Positions 1-31,700 of a DNA stretch of 64,000 nt are shown piece by piece; position 1 is the first letter of the stretch; each line of letters opens with the position of its first letter. The translations under genes were made by a program, and so were the position numbers. Under the pieces are notes generated by a model, which did no database searches, was not told the DNA's origin, and worked only from the letters and a program-made list of their open reading frames with translations. The DNA lies in NCBI GenBank assembly GCA_051294375.1, contig CM119270.1:9112153-9176152 (forward strand). Direction: 5' to 3'. This DNA comes from Paraspadella gotoi (taxonomy: Eukaryota; Animalia; Chaetognatha).

Positions 1-19137
<19,137 letters not shown>

Positions 19138-19198
19138 CTTTGTCTCCCGTGTAATTTGTTTGTTTTGAAAATAGAAATTTTGTCATGAATGTACATCA

Positions 19199-19204
19199 AA
19201 TAAA
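19199..19204 (+). terminator. Polyadenylation signal AATAAA of the DLEC1-like gene
   Basis: AATAAA about 60 nt after the stop, followed by a T-rich tract. Confidence 0.6.
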
Positions 19205-19637
19205 AATTGTTTTTTTCTTCCGTTGCAAAAAAGTTAACCAACTTTTTGGAACATTTCGAATAACGAAACGAAGCTTAGAAATATAATTTAAGTATTAAAG
19301 ACGAACGAATATCTTCAAATACCTTCTTTTAACGAGGATTATCATTGATAAGGTGCGGTTAAATCTTGCAGAAAAAATATGCTCCATGAGTTTTTAAAAA
19401 CCCTAGAAATGATTCCGATCCATTGATTTGGGTTTTTTTTTAGTTCCATAGCCGAATCACGAGCATATCTTAGCGAGACGCCGAAGCTCGGTTCTCACTT
19501 TTCTCCACTAAGCGCTTTTCAAACACTACTGCTAAACTCTGGAATTGGCCAGGGCTTGAAAGTAGCTCAGTTTATTTTCGCCCTTTCCTGTTTCCTCTTC
19601 TGTCTTCATTCATTTCAAAACTCTATCGCTTGACAGT

Positions 19638-19674
<37 letters not shown>

Positions 19675-20037
19675 NNNNNNNNNNCTTCTGTGCCTTTCTC
19701 ATCGCAATTCATAGAAAAATCACCTTCGCTTTGTCTCGTTCAAAATTCTCCGAGGAATTTCTTTTTCTTTGTTTCTCTTTCTTTTATTCTCTATTTGCTT
19801 GTTTTTCTTTCCAGTTTTTTTTTTCTTTTTTTTTCCAGATTTATTCGTCAGGTTTTTTTAAAACTTTTTTTTCCAAGCTGAATTTTTCACTTCGAGTCCT
19901 TGAACTTTAAGATTTAAGTGCTCCATAGATGCAAATAGTAGATAAAATATTATTTTTTTTTTTAAAGAAGAAGATTTTTTGAAAAAAAAATAGAAAACTG
20001 TAGAGAGATTTAGGCGGGTGGCAAAGAGAGGGGAAGA

Positions 20038-20164
<127 letters not shown>

Positions 20165-21953
20165 TCCGTTTGTTGATAGATGAGAGAGAGCATGAGAAAA
20201 TTTAACCGTTCAGGTCTTTTCGAGCAGAAAAAATATTCAAAGTAAAAAAGTTTTTTTTACGACGAAATTTTCACGGAATGTCAGTTTTATAGTTAAACTC
20301 GGTTTTCACAAAATGCTCCACTGAGATTCGCTGGGATTTGCGCAGTTTTCACGTGAAGCGATTTTCCCGATGACGTCCACGTTTTTCTTCTCCCAAAATT
20401 AATCGCAATTATTATATTCTTGTAGGAGCATTATTCAAAGTTTTTTAGACTCTCCGCTACAACAACAAAAAAAACAACAACGTCTTCATCGCCCGCCACA
20501 TTTTTCCGGGCGAGAGGATGTTTTGACCGACCTCGAATCCTTCCAATCTCCCCGGGGTCAAAAAACCCGCAACCCTTCCGGTTGACCTGGGATCAACGCC
20601 CGTCGAAGGAAAGTAAACAAAGAATCCGGTCTACCGGGTTCAACCGGCGACGGGGCGCGAGTCGGAGCCGAGGTATTAGTCGCCGTCGGGTTCAGTCTGA
20701 GTCCGAGTCGGAGCTTGGGACTAAATTGACTTTGGTTTCTGCTCGGGTTTGAATCAATCCCAGGATCTTATTCGGCGTTAATTTTTTCGGAGTCCTTTTT
20801 GGGTTCTGTGATGGTTCTAGTTTGCGTCAGGGTCTTACATGGCATAGAGTTCTGTCATTATCCAAGTTGATGCCGGGGTCTTAGTCTCTATTAGTTTGGC
20901 TAGAGTCCAAGTCGTCGCTCTGGTCACAGTCAGTGTCAGGTTCTGCCATTGTCAATACCAGGGTCTTAGTCTGCATTGGTCAGGGTTTGCGTCAGGGTTC
21001 TGCAGTGCTCAGGTGTTTCGAGATGTCAGGTTCTGTGAAGGTTATTAAAGCATCGTCTAAGTCAGAGAAGACTTGAGCAATGAGCTGACGCTCGGGTTGA
21101 TCACGACACCGGAAATTAAACGGAGGCCGTTGGCCGAGAAAATGCCGTAGATCGAATTAAGGCGATGATTTCACGTCCTTTTCACTCGAATCTGAAGTAG
21201 ATAGTTGACTTAATCACGTGATAAACGGCATTATTCTCCCTTTTTGTTCCCGCCAGTTTCTAATAGGCGGCGTTTTCGGCGGCGTCGTCGAAAAGTGGCG
21301 GTGGCGGTGGCGGCAGTGAAATGGGCACCGGCGTCGGCGCCGCTTTGTGTTGACGTCGGCGTCTGATTCGACGCCGCAGTCTGGCTCCGCTCCCTCTTTC
21401 GGTGAGTCGACTTCCGTGAACCTGCGTCCCTCATTTTTTTTATATTCTGAGGTTGTGAGTACCCCCCCTACCCCCCCTACCCCCCCCCCTCGGCTTCTCA
21501 GTTTCGAGACCCAAAAACCGCGCGAGAGTTCGATGACCGAAATTCGCGATGCGTCGAATGAAGTTCAGCGCGAGAAGAAGATTCTTTCGTGCGTCGAGTC
21601 TCAGAATTGTTTCCTTTCCTCTTTCGGGTCGTTGCTCTTTTTTCTTTCTTGAGGGGAAGTGTGGGGGGGCGGTTGATGCTATTTTTAGCTTTAATTCTTC
21701 TTCGTCGTTTCGCTTCGTTGCGTTTTCTTCTTTGCATTCTCCTTTTTTTGGTTTGAATAAGTTATAAAAATCATATAGAATATGTATAAACAAACGAGCG
21801 AAACCAAATATAACAATCGCTATTTTAATTCGACGATCTCATTGGCCAATCGGACGCTCGTTCTTTTATCGCAAATTTTCCCTCGCAATCTCTCGGGCGT
21901 CGGGTTTCCTGTTTTAGTCTGCAACTTGCGCTCTCTCTCTCTCACTCTCACTC

Positions 21954-21987
<34 letters not shown>

Positions 21988-23730
21988 TTCCCATCAATTC
22001 TCGTTTTTGGTCGCGATGGGAAATTTACGCGCGCGATAAACGGAGGATGCGACAGAAGACGCCAAAGACGACGGGAGACCAAATTGGTTCCATCACGATT
22101 CGCAATTGCCAGACTCTTTTTTTTCTCTTTGCTTAATTATCGCGAATTCCCGTCTTTTTTTTTCTTCTCGCGGCTTCTGATTAATTAACGCGACTCGTTT
22201 TCCGAATTCCCCAAACGCTACTCTTCCATTTTTAGGGGGGAGGAGCATTCACTATTGCCCCATCAACTCGAGCTCATTCGGCTCAACATCATTTATTCTC
22301 TCCAATTTTCTCAGCATTAATATATTTTAATACTTAAGGGAGTGATACTTTAATACGATTGAAACAATCTTTGAAATATTATACCGCTTCATTGTCAGGT
22401 CATTAAACTAGACTCTCGATTGAAAGCTTGGACGCCTTAATTTACCTTATATTGGTTGTACTAATTGCATTATATTTATATTATATTATATTATCTTTGC
22501 TTTAATCCTGCTTTCCTAATCCCCATCGACATTGCGCGCCATTGCGTCCCGCTGAGCACCTTCTCGCCGATTGTTGTTACTCGATCCATTTTTGCTACAT
22601 TTTCAGTCTGCTACTTCTACATTCCGCTCGATACATTCCTTGAAACGAACTATTAGCCTTTATCTCTTTAATTTAATCTATGTACAGGCGGGGTGAACAT
22701 ATTGCAATGCATGACTACAAGTCTATACTTTCCCAGATCAAATCCTATGACTCAACCACGTTTTTTTCTTCACCTCGCCCCCCCCTCCACATAACAGTGA
22801 CATTTTGACATCGTTCTTACCTTTTTAACCTTGCCCTTTTTACCTTTCTCATCTTTCAAGCTTTTTCCCTCAATTACCCCATATTTCGGATTCCTCGCTT
22901 CGAACTTTCCATCCATTATTCCGCATTCCTTGATCCTTTCTCACCCCACCTCACCTCGCCTTACCCGAGGCCAACTCGATCGAGGAACCGAATTAATGGC
23001 CTCGTCAAAAATGTGTCCTCCACCATCGCCTCAGACGAGAAGAAAAAAAGGGAGTAAAGGAGGAAAGAAAAGAAGGTGAAACACTCTCAAAAAGAAAAAA
23101 AGGAATAATCCTTGTCTGCTTACATCAATGGGGAGGAAGAGCAGAATAAAGAAAGGAAGAAAGAGAGAAAAGGATAATAAAATGAGAAAAAAAAGAGCAA
23201 CAAAGGCGAAGCCGCAGAAAAATAAAAAAGAAACATTGAGAAAATTGTTGAGAAAATCAGAGAAGGAAAAACGTTGATGAGATGCGTAATGAAGAGAAAA
23301 AATGTATATGAGATAAAGAAAAATATTTTTATGAACAAAATGCTAAATATGAAAAATAAAGAATCCCGAGTGGATGATTAAAAAAAGAAAAAAAGAAAAA
23401 AATAGAAAAAGGGTTTCGTCGGAAATATAAATTCTAGAGAAAAAAAATGGTGAAGAGAAATAAATTAAGGGCGAAGGAAAATAAGCGAGAAAGAGAAACG
23501 AGAAAAAAAGAACAAAACAAACAAAAGAAAAAAAATACTAAAAATAGAAAAGAAAGAAAAAGTAGTTGAAATACAGCTCTGGCTTTCTTCCAATAACGGA
23601 GCCAGAAGACACGGGTCGGAGGCAGCGGACTCCAGATAAGGAAACGCGATAATTCTACTCCCATCTCCGTATATCATCCGTTTGTTTTTGTTGTCAAGCA
23701 ACATAACCTTTTCTCTCTCTCTCTCTCTTC

Positions 23731-23809
<79 letters not shown>

Positions 23810-24026
23810 TTTTTTCAATTTAGATTTCAGCAATTATAAGTACCATTACCATTATATAAAATTTTTAATTTAAATTCGCTGATTTCACTGAACATTAATT
23901 GTGCGTCATGTACAATGTACATTCTCATAGATTAGTATCGAAGCATTAAAGTATTAAAATAGCTCATCATTGATATGCTGCACTTTCTTCGTCCGCTCAT
24001 CGTTCTTCCTCTCGCAGTTTTCAATT

Positions 24027-24057
<31 letters not shown>

Positions 24058-25149
24058 TCACATCGTCATCCTCGTTTTCTTCCTCCTCCGTTGCCATGAC
24101 TACAAATCAAGATAATTCGATCAACGGGATTAGAAGTTTCAATAAAACATAAAATCAGCAACGCACAAGGTTATAAATTCATCATTTAGTTTGATAAAAC
24201 GTTTAAGAATAAAGTGTTTTATAAAATTAATCATTAAACAGTTAAATTTCATTCATGAAATTGGTACAACCAATATAAAAATTATCCATTCATTTAATAA
24301 ATAAGCTATCTTGACCCTGACATTGGACAGGCTTTGGTGGTTTAAGGCCTCCATCACTCTTACAAGATAATGACATAGTAGGTCCCTGCAAGCTTTCAAT
24401 CAAGACTCTCTCACAGTCTCGTTTATTCACTTCAAGAGTACCTGGCTTCCATATCAATGAACTGGCATAATATTTCATAGAATGTTTAAATTGTATGAAA
24501 AGACCACTATTTAATTCAACTTTAAAAAAAATTAAAACTGTTAATAGGAAATAAAATTAAAAATGTCTTGAAATAAGACTCGAATATCGAAATTCATTAC
24601 CGTTTATGATCTATAGAAAACGTGATTCTGATTTTTATTATTTTCAACGACGTTCCAATCTTTTTGCCCTTTGATTAATGAATCGTTTATGAGTCAATGA
24701 AATTATTTCGAGCCGATCATTTACTTTTCCGTCGTGACTTTCTTATCATACACATTTCCATATTTTTGGTACGACCTTGTACAATTTTTTCTCAAGCAAA
24801 AACAAATATTATTTTCTTCAGTCGCTCCCTTCTTTTAAAGCTTCTTTTCTCCCTAATCCTTATTCAACGCTTCTCGAATCCCAAATCTTTACATATTTTC
24901 ATACATATTTTCTCCATGAAGGAAGGGAGCGCTGGCGGATCTAAACAAGACGTATTCGCCAGGGATCTATTAGGCATTCCGGTGAGAAATATCCAAAGGG
25001 CGGGGACGGGCGACGGAGGGGGGGGGCGGAGGAGGAGGATGAAGAAGAAGAGATCCCATGAGACTGTTCCGCCGGAGACGAGGATTACAGGGGAGAAAAA
25101 AATATATATATAAAAAAAAGAAAAGAAAAGAAAAATTCTCTTTGACGGA

Positions 25150-26500
25150 TTTTCTTTCGAAGATAATGATGCTGATGATGTTGACGTGAGGGAATATGAA
25201 AGGGAAGGGAGTTGAAGATAATGGGATGATGGAGAAAGGAATAGGCGGAGTATGAAAATAATGGGAGATGGAGAAGAGGAAGGGATGAAGATAATGGGAT
25301 GAATGAGAGACAGAAGGGCGTGTATGCAGAATAATGGGTATGATAGGAGAATAGGGAAGTTGAAAAAGATAGATGGGTATGTATGGTAGTATAAAGGTAA
25401 ATGGAGGATTGAGAGATAATTGGGATAGATAGATGGAAAGAAGGCAGTTTGAAGCAATGGGAATGAATGGAGAAAGGAAGGGAGTGAAGATAATGGGATG
25501 ATGGAGAACGACAAAAGTTGAAGATAATGGGATGATGAGAAGGAAGGGAATTAAAGATAATGTGAATGAGATGGAGAAGAGAAGGAAGTTGAAGATAATG
25601 GGATGATATGGCTGAAAAGGAAAAGGGAGTTGAAGATAATGGGATGAAATGGAGAAAGGAAGGGAGTTGAAGATAATGGGATGATGGAAAGAAAGGAAGG
25701 GAGTTGAAGGGTAATGGGATGATGGAGAAGGGAGGGAGTTGAAGAATAATGGGATGATGGAGAAAGAGGGAGTTGAAGATAATGGGAGAGGAGAAAAGGA
25801 AGGGAATTAAAGATAATGGGATGAGGAGAAATGGAGAAGGAAGGGATTGAAGATAATGGGGATGATGGAGAAAAGAGATAATAAAGGGAGTTGAAGATAA
25901 GGGATGATGGAAGAAATAGAAGGAGTTGAAGATAATCAGGATGATGTGAGAATGAGGGGAGTTTGAAATGATAATGGGATGTTTGGACAGAAATGGTAGG
26001 ATATTGAAGATAATGGATGATGAGATGACCTAAGGAAAAGTTGAACGATAATGTGATTTGAATCGAGAAAAGGGAAGGGAGTTGAAGAAAATAGGAAGAT
26101 GGGAGAAGGGAGTTGAGAGATGAATAGGGATGATAAAGAAAGGGAGAGGGGAGTTAAAAGACATTAGATATCTTGGTAATGATATTGTGTATCGAAATGT
26201 AATTCGGGAGATGTATACCAGAATGTCGGATGATGAAAAGGAAGTGAAGTTGACGTGAAGGGCAACTGTTTTGATGATTAATGTGATGATCTATGGATGA
26301 ATGGAATGGAGTCAGATATTGAAAGAGGTAGGCATGAGGGAAGAAAGGAAAGGAGTGAAGATAATGGGAGTAATGGAGAAAGGGAAGGAGGTAGAAGATA
26401 TTGATGAAGAGAAGGAAGGGAGTTTGAAGAAAATAGAGATGATGAGAAGGAAGGGAAAGTTTGAAGATTAATAATGGGATGATGGAGAAAGAAAAGAACG
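25150..26500. repeat. ~30-35 bp purine-rich minisatellite (GGAGAAAGGAAGGGAGTTGAAGATAATGGGATGAT)
   Basis: Recurrent TTGAAGATAATGGGATGA core; noisy at both ends. Confidence 0.85.
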
Positions 26501-26577
26501 GAAGGGTTTTTACTGTAAAGGCGGCTCGCGGGGTAAACGCTTCACAACCTTTCAGTTTCAAAGGATATCTCGATGAC

Positions 26578-27023
26578 GGCCTGCCAAGTTTTTCGGGAGA
26601 AGTTTACTGCTTTTAATATTTACGTTCACTTCTTTAATATTTAAGTTTAATATTTAATATTCAACATTTAAGTTTACTGCTTTTAATATTTACGTTGGGG
26701 CCCTTAAATTTTTAATCGTCAAAATTAACACAAACAAACAGTAGTTAATAACTAAATTCAGCCAAGGTAAATCGAAACTACTTCTATCGAAGAAATAAAA
26801 AGAAGACAACAAAAATTCACAATAAATGTACATTTAATCAGGTCGTTAAAAATAAAACGGATAATGTCCAAAAGGTATATTTGTAAAAAAGCAAAATGAC
26901 ATTCGCTTTTACCCTTAATGCGCTCAAACGCTCAAATGCAATTGAGTCGCAGAATCCAAGTCGTTTGGTCTTTACGACGAGAGATTGATAAAATTGCAAG
27001 GAAAGTGCTTTTCGCAATCTCTG

Positions 27024-27075
<52 letters not shown>

Positions 27076-27760
27076 AATTGACGTCAACGGAGGTTTCAAT
27101 TTCGAAGAACATTCCTTTTCTCCCCCACTTTCTCTCGATGCCAGTTTAAAATTGAAAGTTTCGCTTCAACCCCCGGATGTAACAAAGCAAAGATTCCCTT
27201 GTTACTGGAATAATGATCAAATTTAGTGTTGCTGTCGAATGGAAAAACTTACACATGGCCTGCCAAGTTTTCGAGTGATGAATGTGTTTACTGCCTTATT
27301 ATTTACGTTACTTCTTTAATATTTTAAGTTTAATATTTAATATTCATTATTTAATGTTTACTGCTTTAATATATCTCGCTGGGGCCTCATACTAAATTTT
27401 TTAATCGTCAAAATAACACAAACAAACAGTAGTTAATAACTAAATTCAGCCAAGGATAAATCTCGAAACTACTTCTATCGAAGAAATAAAGAGACAAGCA
27501 AAAAGTCACAATAAATTGTACATTTTAATCAGGTCGCTTAACAAATGAAAACGAGATAATGTCCCAAAAGGTATGATTTGTAAAAAGACAAAATGAACAT
27601 TCGCTTTTACCCTTAATCACTCCAAATGGCAAATATGAGTGCGCAAGAATCCCAAGTCGTAGTTGGTCTTATACACGAGAGATGTGATAAAATTGCAAGA
27701 GAAGAGTAGCTGTTGTTATATCGCCAAATTCCTACTGAATAACTCATCATAACTCACATC
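26578..27760 (+). repeat. ~480-bp direct duplication (26578-27060 vs 27257-27760)
   Basis: Colinear; second copy has many 1-nt insertions, likely a raw-read gap-fill artefact. Confidence 0.75.
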
Positions 27761-27984
27761 TCAATCTCTCTACTACCATCTCTCATAAGTCTCTGCGTCT
27801 CGTGTTACCCACTAACACCTCACCAAACCACCAAACGTCGTCACCAAGCACAGCTTTGACTATCCGGGGGCAGAGATGCACGCAACCAACTTTAAAAAAT
27901 GGAAGAAAAGAGAAAATACTCGGATTATTCTCTCTATCCATCTCTCTTATCTACTCTCTCTTTCTCTCTCCTCTTTCTCTCTCC

Positions 27985-28793
27985 TGGAGAAAGCGTATGC
28001 CTTCATTCGCGATATAATTGTTTAAGTTTTTGTTATTAGATCGATTAGAATCATATTGTTTCGTTTGAATATCGTCGAATTAGCTGCGTTCCCGCAATCA
28101 GCTGTATTAGAAGCCTAACAACGAGCGTGTCTTCAGTTTTATTCTTTCACAAGTCTTACTTCATATTTCAAAACACGTGGTGTAAAATGAAAAGAAGAAT
28201 ACTTTAATTTAATGTTACTACTTTACTGCAAGATGATATTCTCTAGTTCGTGCGAAACCATAATTGAAGGTTAGTTTACATGGATTGGTGATATTGAAAT
28301 TAGTACTTAGGTATATAATATAGAATTAACATTAAGTCAATATAAGGATTTAAAGTTTATTTAAATAACTAATTATAAGCGATCGAATCATTAATCCTTA
28401 TGATGATTTTTAGACGTCACACTCACACTCACACATCTCTTGCCTCTCCTTGAACACCACCCTCCGTTCTTGTTTATTTGTCTACTTGGACATGAATTTT
28501 GTACCTGAGATTGGAATTGTATCTATCTCAAAATGTGGTTACTATTTCCTGTCTTTATTTATGCATGCGGTTCTATGAATTATAAGGTATATGTTAAGGT
28601 GTTTTACATGTTAGAACTGTTTGGTTCCATAAAAAATACTTATCTTGGAGCCAGTTGAACACGGATTTTGAATTCAATAATTAATTAGGGCACAAATTAG
28701 GGCACTCTAGAAGAATAGAGATAGAAACTTAGTTTGTTTTATTTGCGATAATCTCTGGATTATCTTAGGTCGCGCGTTAATGAAGCGCTTCCA
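27985..28793 (+). repeat. 5' LTR
   Basis: TGGAGAAAG...GCGCTTCCA; colinear with 36366-37132. Confidence 0.85.
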
Positions 28794-31700
28794 GTTTAAA
28801 AACTTCATGGTATGGTTACGAAGTGCCGAGAATATGTTGTGCTTCATATTATTATCTTGCTGTCCTCTTATTTTATCATTTACGTTGTATACCAAGTTTC
28901 GGTTGTTTTATGATTTAGCCTTAAGGCTTTCTGATGTTGTTGCTTTATTGATCTTTAAACCCAAGGGGGGTTTAAAGTATGAAGGTTTGGCTTTTCCCTG
29001 GTTGACAGGACCAAGCCTCAAGGCTTTTGTCTATTGATCATTTTGTTTATAGAGATCATTGATTTTTCTGCCATGGCTTATGGCTAAGTCACTGCGGCAC
29101 GTTCTGTGAGGATGGCTGAAAGGAGAAGCTGATCAGGTTCATTTAGTGTTGTCATGGCTAGCCATTCCGCCCACAGCTGCAAAGAGCGCGCGTCCTAGAG
29201 TTTGAGCGCTTAAGGTCACTTCAGAGTGCCAAGGATGCTTTCTTAAGATTTTGTGACAATTAATAATGTGTGATTCCTAATTGAGAACGGTCGCCCCCAA
29301 CGAGGGTGGAAAAGAACTCGTACCAAATGGATGATTAAGATGCGAAGTGGCAGCCTTAAGTAGGTGTATGCTCTACTCTGTGAAAAATACAAAGCCCTGT
29401 CCTGTATGCCATTGAAAACTCCCTCTTCTCACTTCACCAATCTAGAATCTGTATCAACGCTGCTATCTCTTTGCTGCGGTGATTTGCGGTGTGAGTCACA
29501 CATTATAGCACAATCAAACAAAACCATATCGCCCCCTCCCTGCTTCAGTGACAGTCATTTCCCTCTCCGCCACCTCCGCTTTCGTCTAGGAGGCCCCCTC
29601 TGACACAGAGGAGACTTCGCGTCCCTGTCGCTATGTATCTTTGGGACGCCATTCTCGTCTTATTTCCTAAAAGCAGCATCTACTGCGAAGAACCCTCACG
29701 TTAGCTGTCTGAGAGGCCAAAGCGAATACAGCAGTGACAGCAAGACAACAAAAGAGCATAGCTATTAGAGTTAAAAAAAGCAACAAATTAAAGCATTCAA
29801 GTTATCACATTCAAGGAAACAAACAAAGATAGGAAAGCAATATATCATGAGTATGGAGGAAGAAACAGAAAAGGAAGAAGAGGAAAAGAAAAGAAACAAC
29901 TGGAGCATGGAAGAGGAGCATCACGGAAAGCAATCCATAAGAGCTCAACATATGACGCCAAAACTTTGATACTGGAAGGTGACTCTGGAGAAAATTAGTG
30001 CGAAAACATCAGGTGGAGGGAGGGAGTTGCAGATGACCCATGTCAACATCTATGATCGCGTTCAGAAGAGCTCTTGAGAAGTAGGACACACAGCCTCGCT
30101 ATTGTTCTGGCGACAGGCGCACCAGGATATTGTCAATTTGCGCCAGCTACTGGTCAGCCCCTTAGGATCCGTTTTCAATTCCTTCACTATTCCTCTTTTC
30201 AGCTGTGGCAGGGCAGTCCTACCTGGGCGTCCTCCTTCTGCCTCCAGCTTCACCTGCTTCAGTCAATCTCATTCCATCCTCTACTACTACTAGTCTGGCC
30301 CATTATACCTCCACCCATTTGTCTCAGGCCTTCCCATCTAGTCTCTCATTGAGACCGTGTACCTTGTACGGTGCAGCGCATACCAACCGCTGCCATTATC
30401 TTTCGCCCAATTGCCCTTTAGCAATCTTTGATCTATTTATCAGCCCTCCACTGACTCTCCTACAACAACGACCATATTCAACAACCATTTTTCTCTCAAA
30501 CTTCTATTCGCCCACCCATCACCATTCCACAGTGCGATGTATGGCGACATCAGCATCAACCCTGCTGCAGCTTCTATGGTTTCCGACTTGCCATCACAGC
30601 ATTAGGCACTGGAGCCTCACAACGCCTTCCACAGATGCACTACCGAATTCGGTTTTATTCGCTGTGCCGAGGAGGCAGCCGAGTAGGCTATGAGCTATCC
30701 GATCCGAAGACGCAGATTAAGGGTGAATTATGATTAAATATATCTGAGTTCAACACATTTCTAATAACTCAAGATTGCGACTAAAAGGTTAAGAGAGATT
30801 CTGCTTAAGATCTATCTCAGGAGAAAAAGTTATAGGGAATTGTAATGAAAATGTAAGAAGGGTGAGAGACACATAATGAATTTAGACTTAATACAGAGAT
30901 TTGAATAATATGAGCAGAATGGGCCGATGATCGCGTTTATATTTCTACTGCTGAAGCTTGGAGCTCGCCAAAGGTGGGAGCTACCCCTGATTTCTGGCAG
31001 CGTGAAAAGCGAGACAGAATTCTGGAAGGGAAGTGTAAAGTGTTAAGGAATGGTCGATAAATATTAGTGTGTCAGGGGAAAAATTTTATTATCAGCTTCA
31101 GTCTGTGGTGTTACAGTTGCGTCATTCCGATAAATAACTAGCTGAGGTGGAATGGCTTTATCTAACGTGATCCTCCTGGTTTCGAGATATAGAATGGGTC
31201 TGGTAAGTACGGCTGTTTCCCTTTTTGAAAGTGCCTGAACAAAAAGTTTAACCGTAAAGAATGCAAGAGGTGTAGTCGTTACCTCTGACCTTCCTATGAT
31301 TGGGTTCTCTCTCAAGTATATGGCTGGCAACTGATTATTATTGGTCTAAAGTGTGTGATTTAGGACTCTCATTCATGGTGAAGTGCTAGACTCTCTTCCA
31401 CACCCGAGCGATAAAAAGAGGTAATCCCCGGGTCAGAGCCAATGTTGTGAGAAGCATGAAGAGAATCATTATAAACCCCTGACTCCAGGAAGAAACACCA
31501 GTACATAGACTGATATGTTGACCACAAAGTGCTCCTCAACAGCTGCATTCAAATGCAGAGAGTGATAGCAACACGCGAGATAGACATACAATGCGGCTTA
31601 GAGAAGTGTCATGTTCTTTGCTGTCGTGCCACGACTTCTTTTTCAGGGCGAACCTCCCACAAACATCTGCGTAACGTTCTCAAAAAACTTATGTCTTTGC

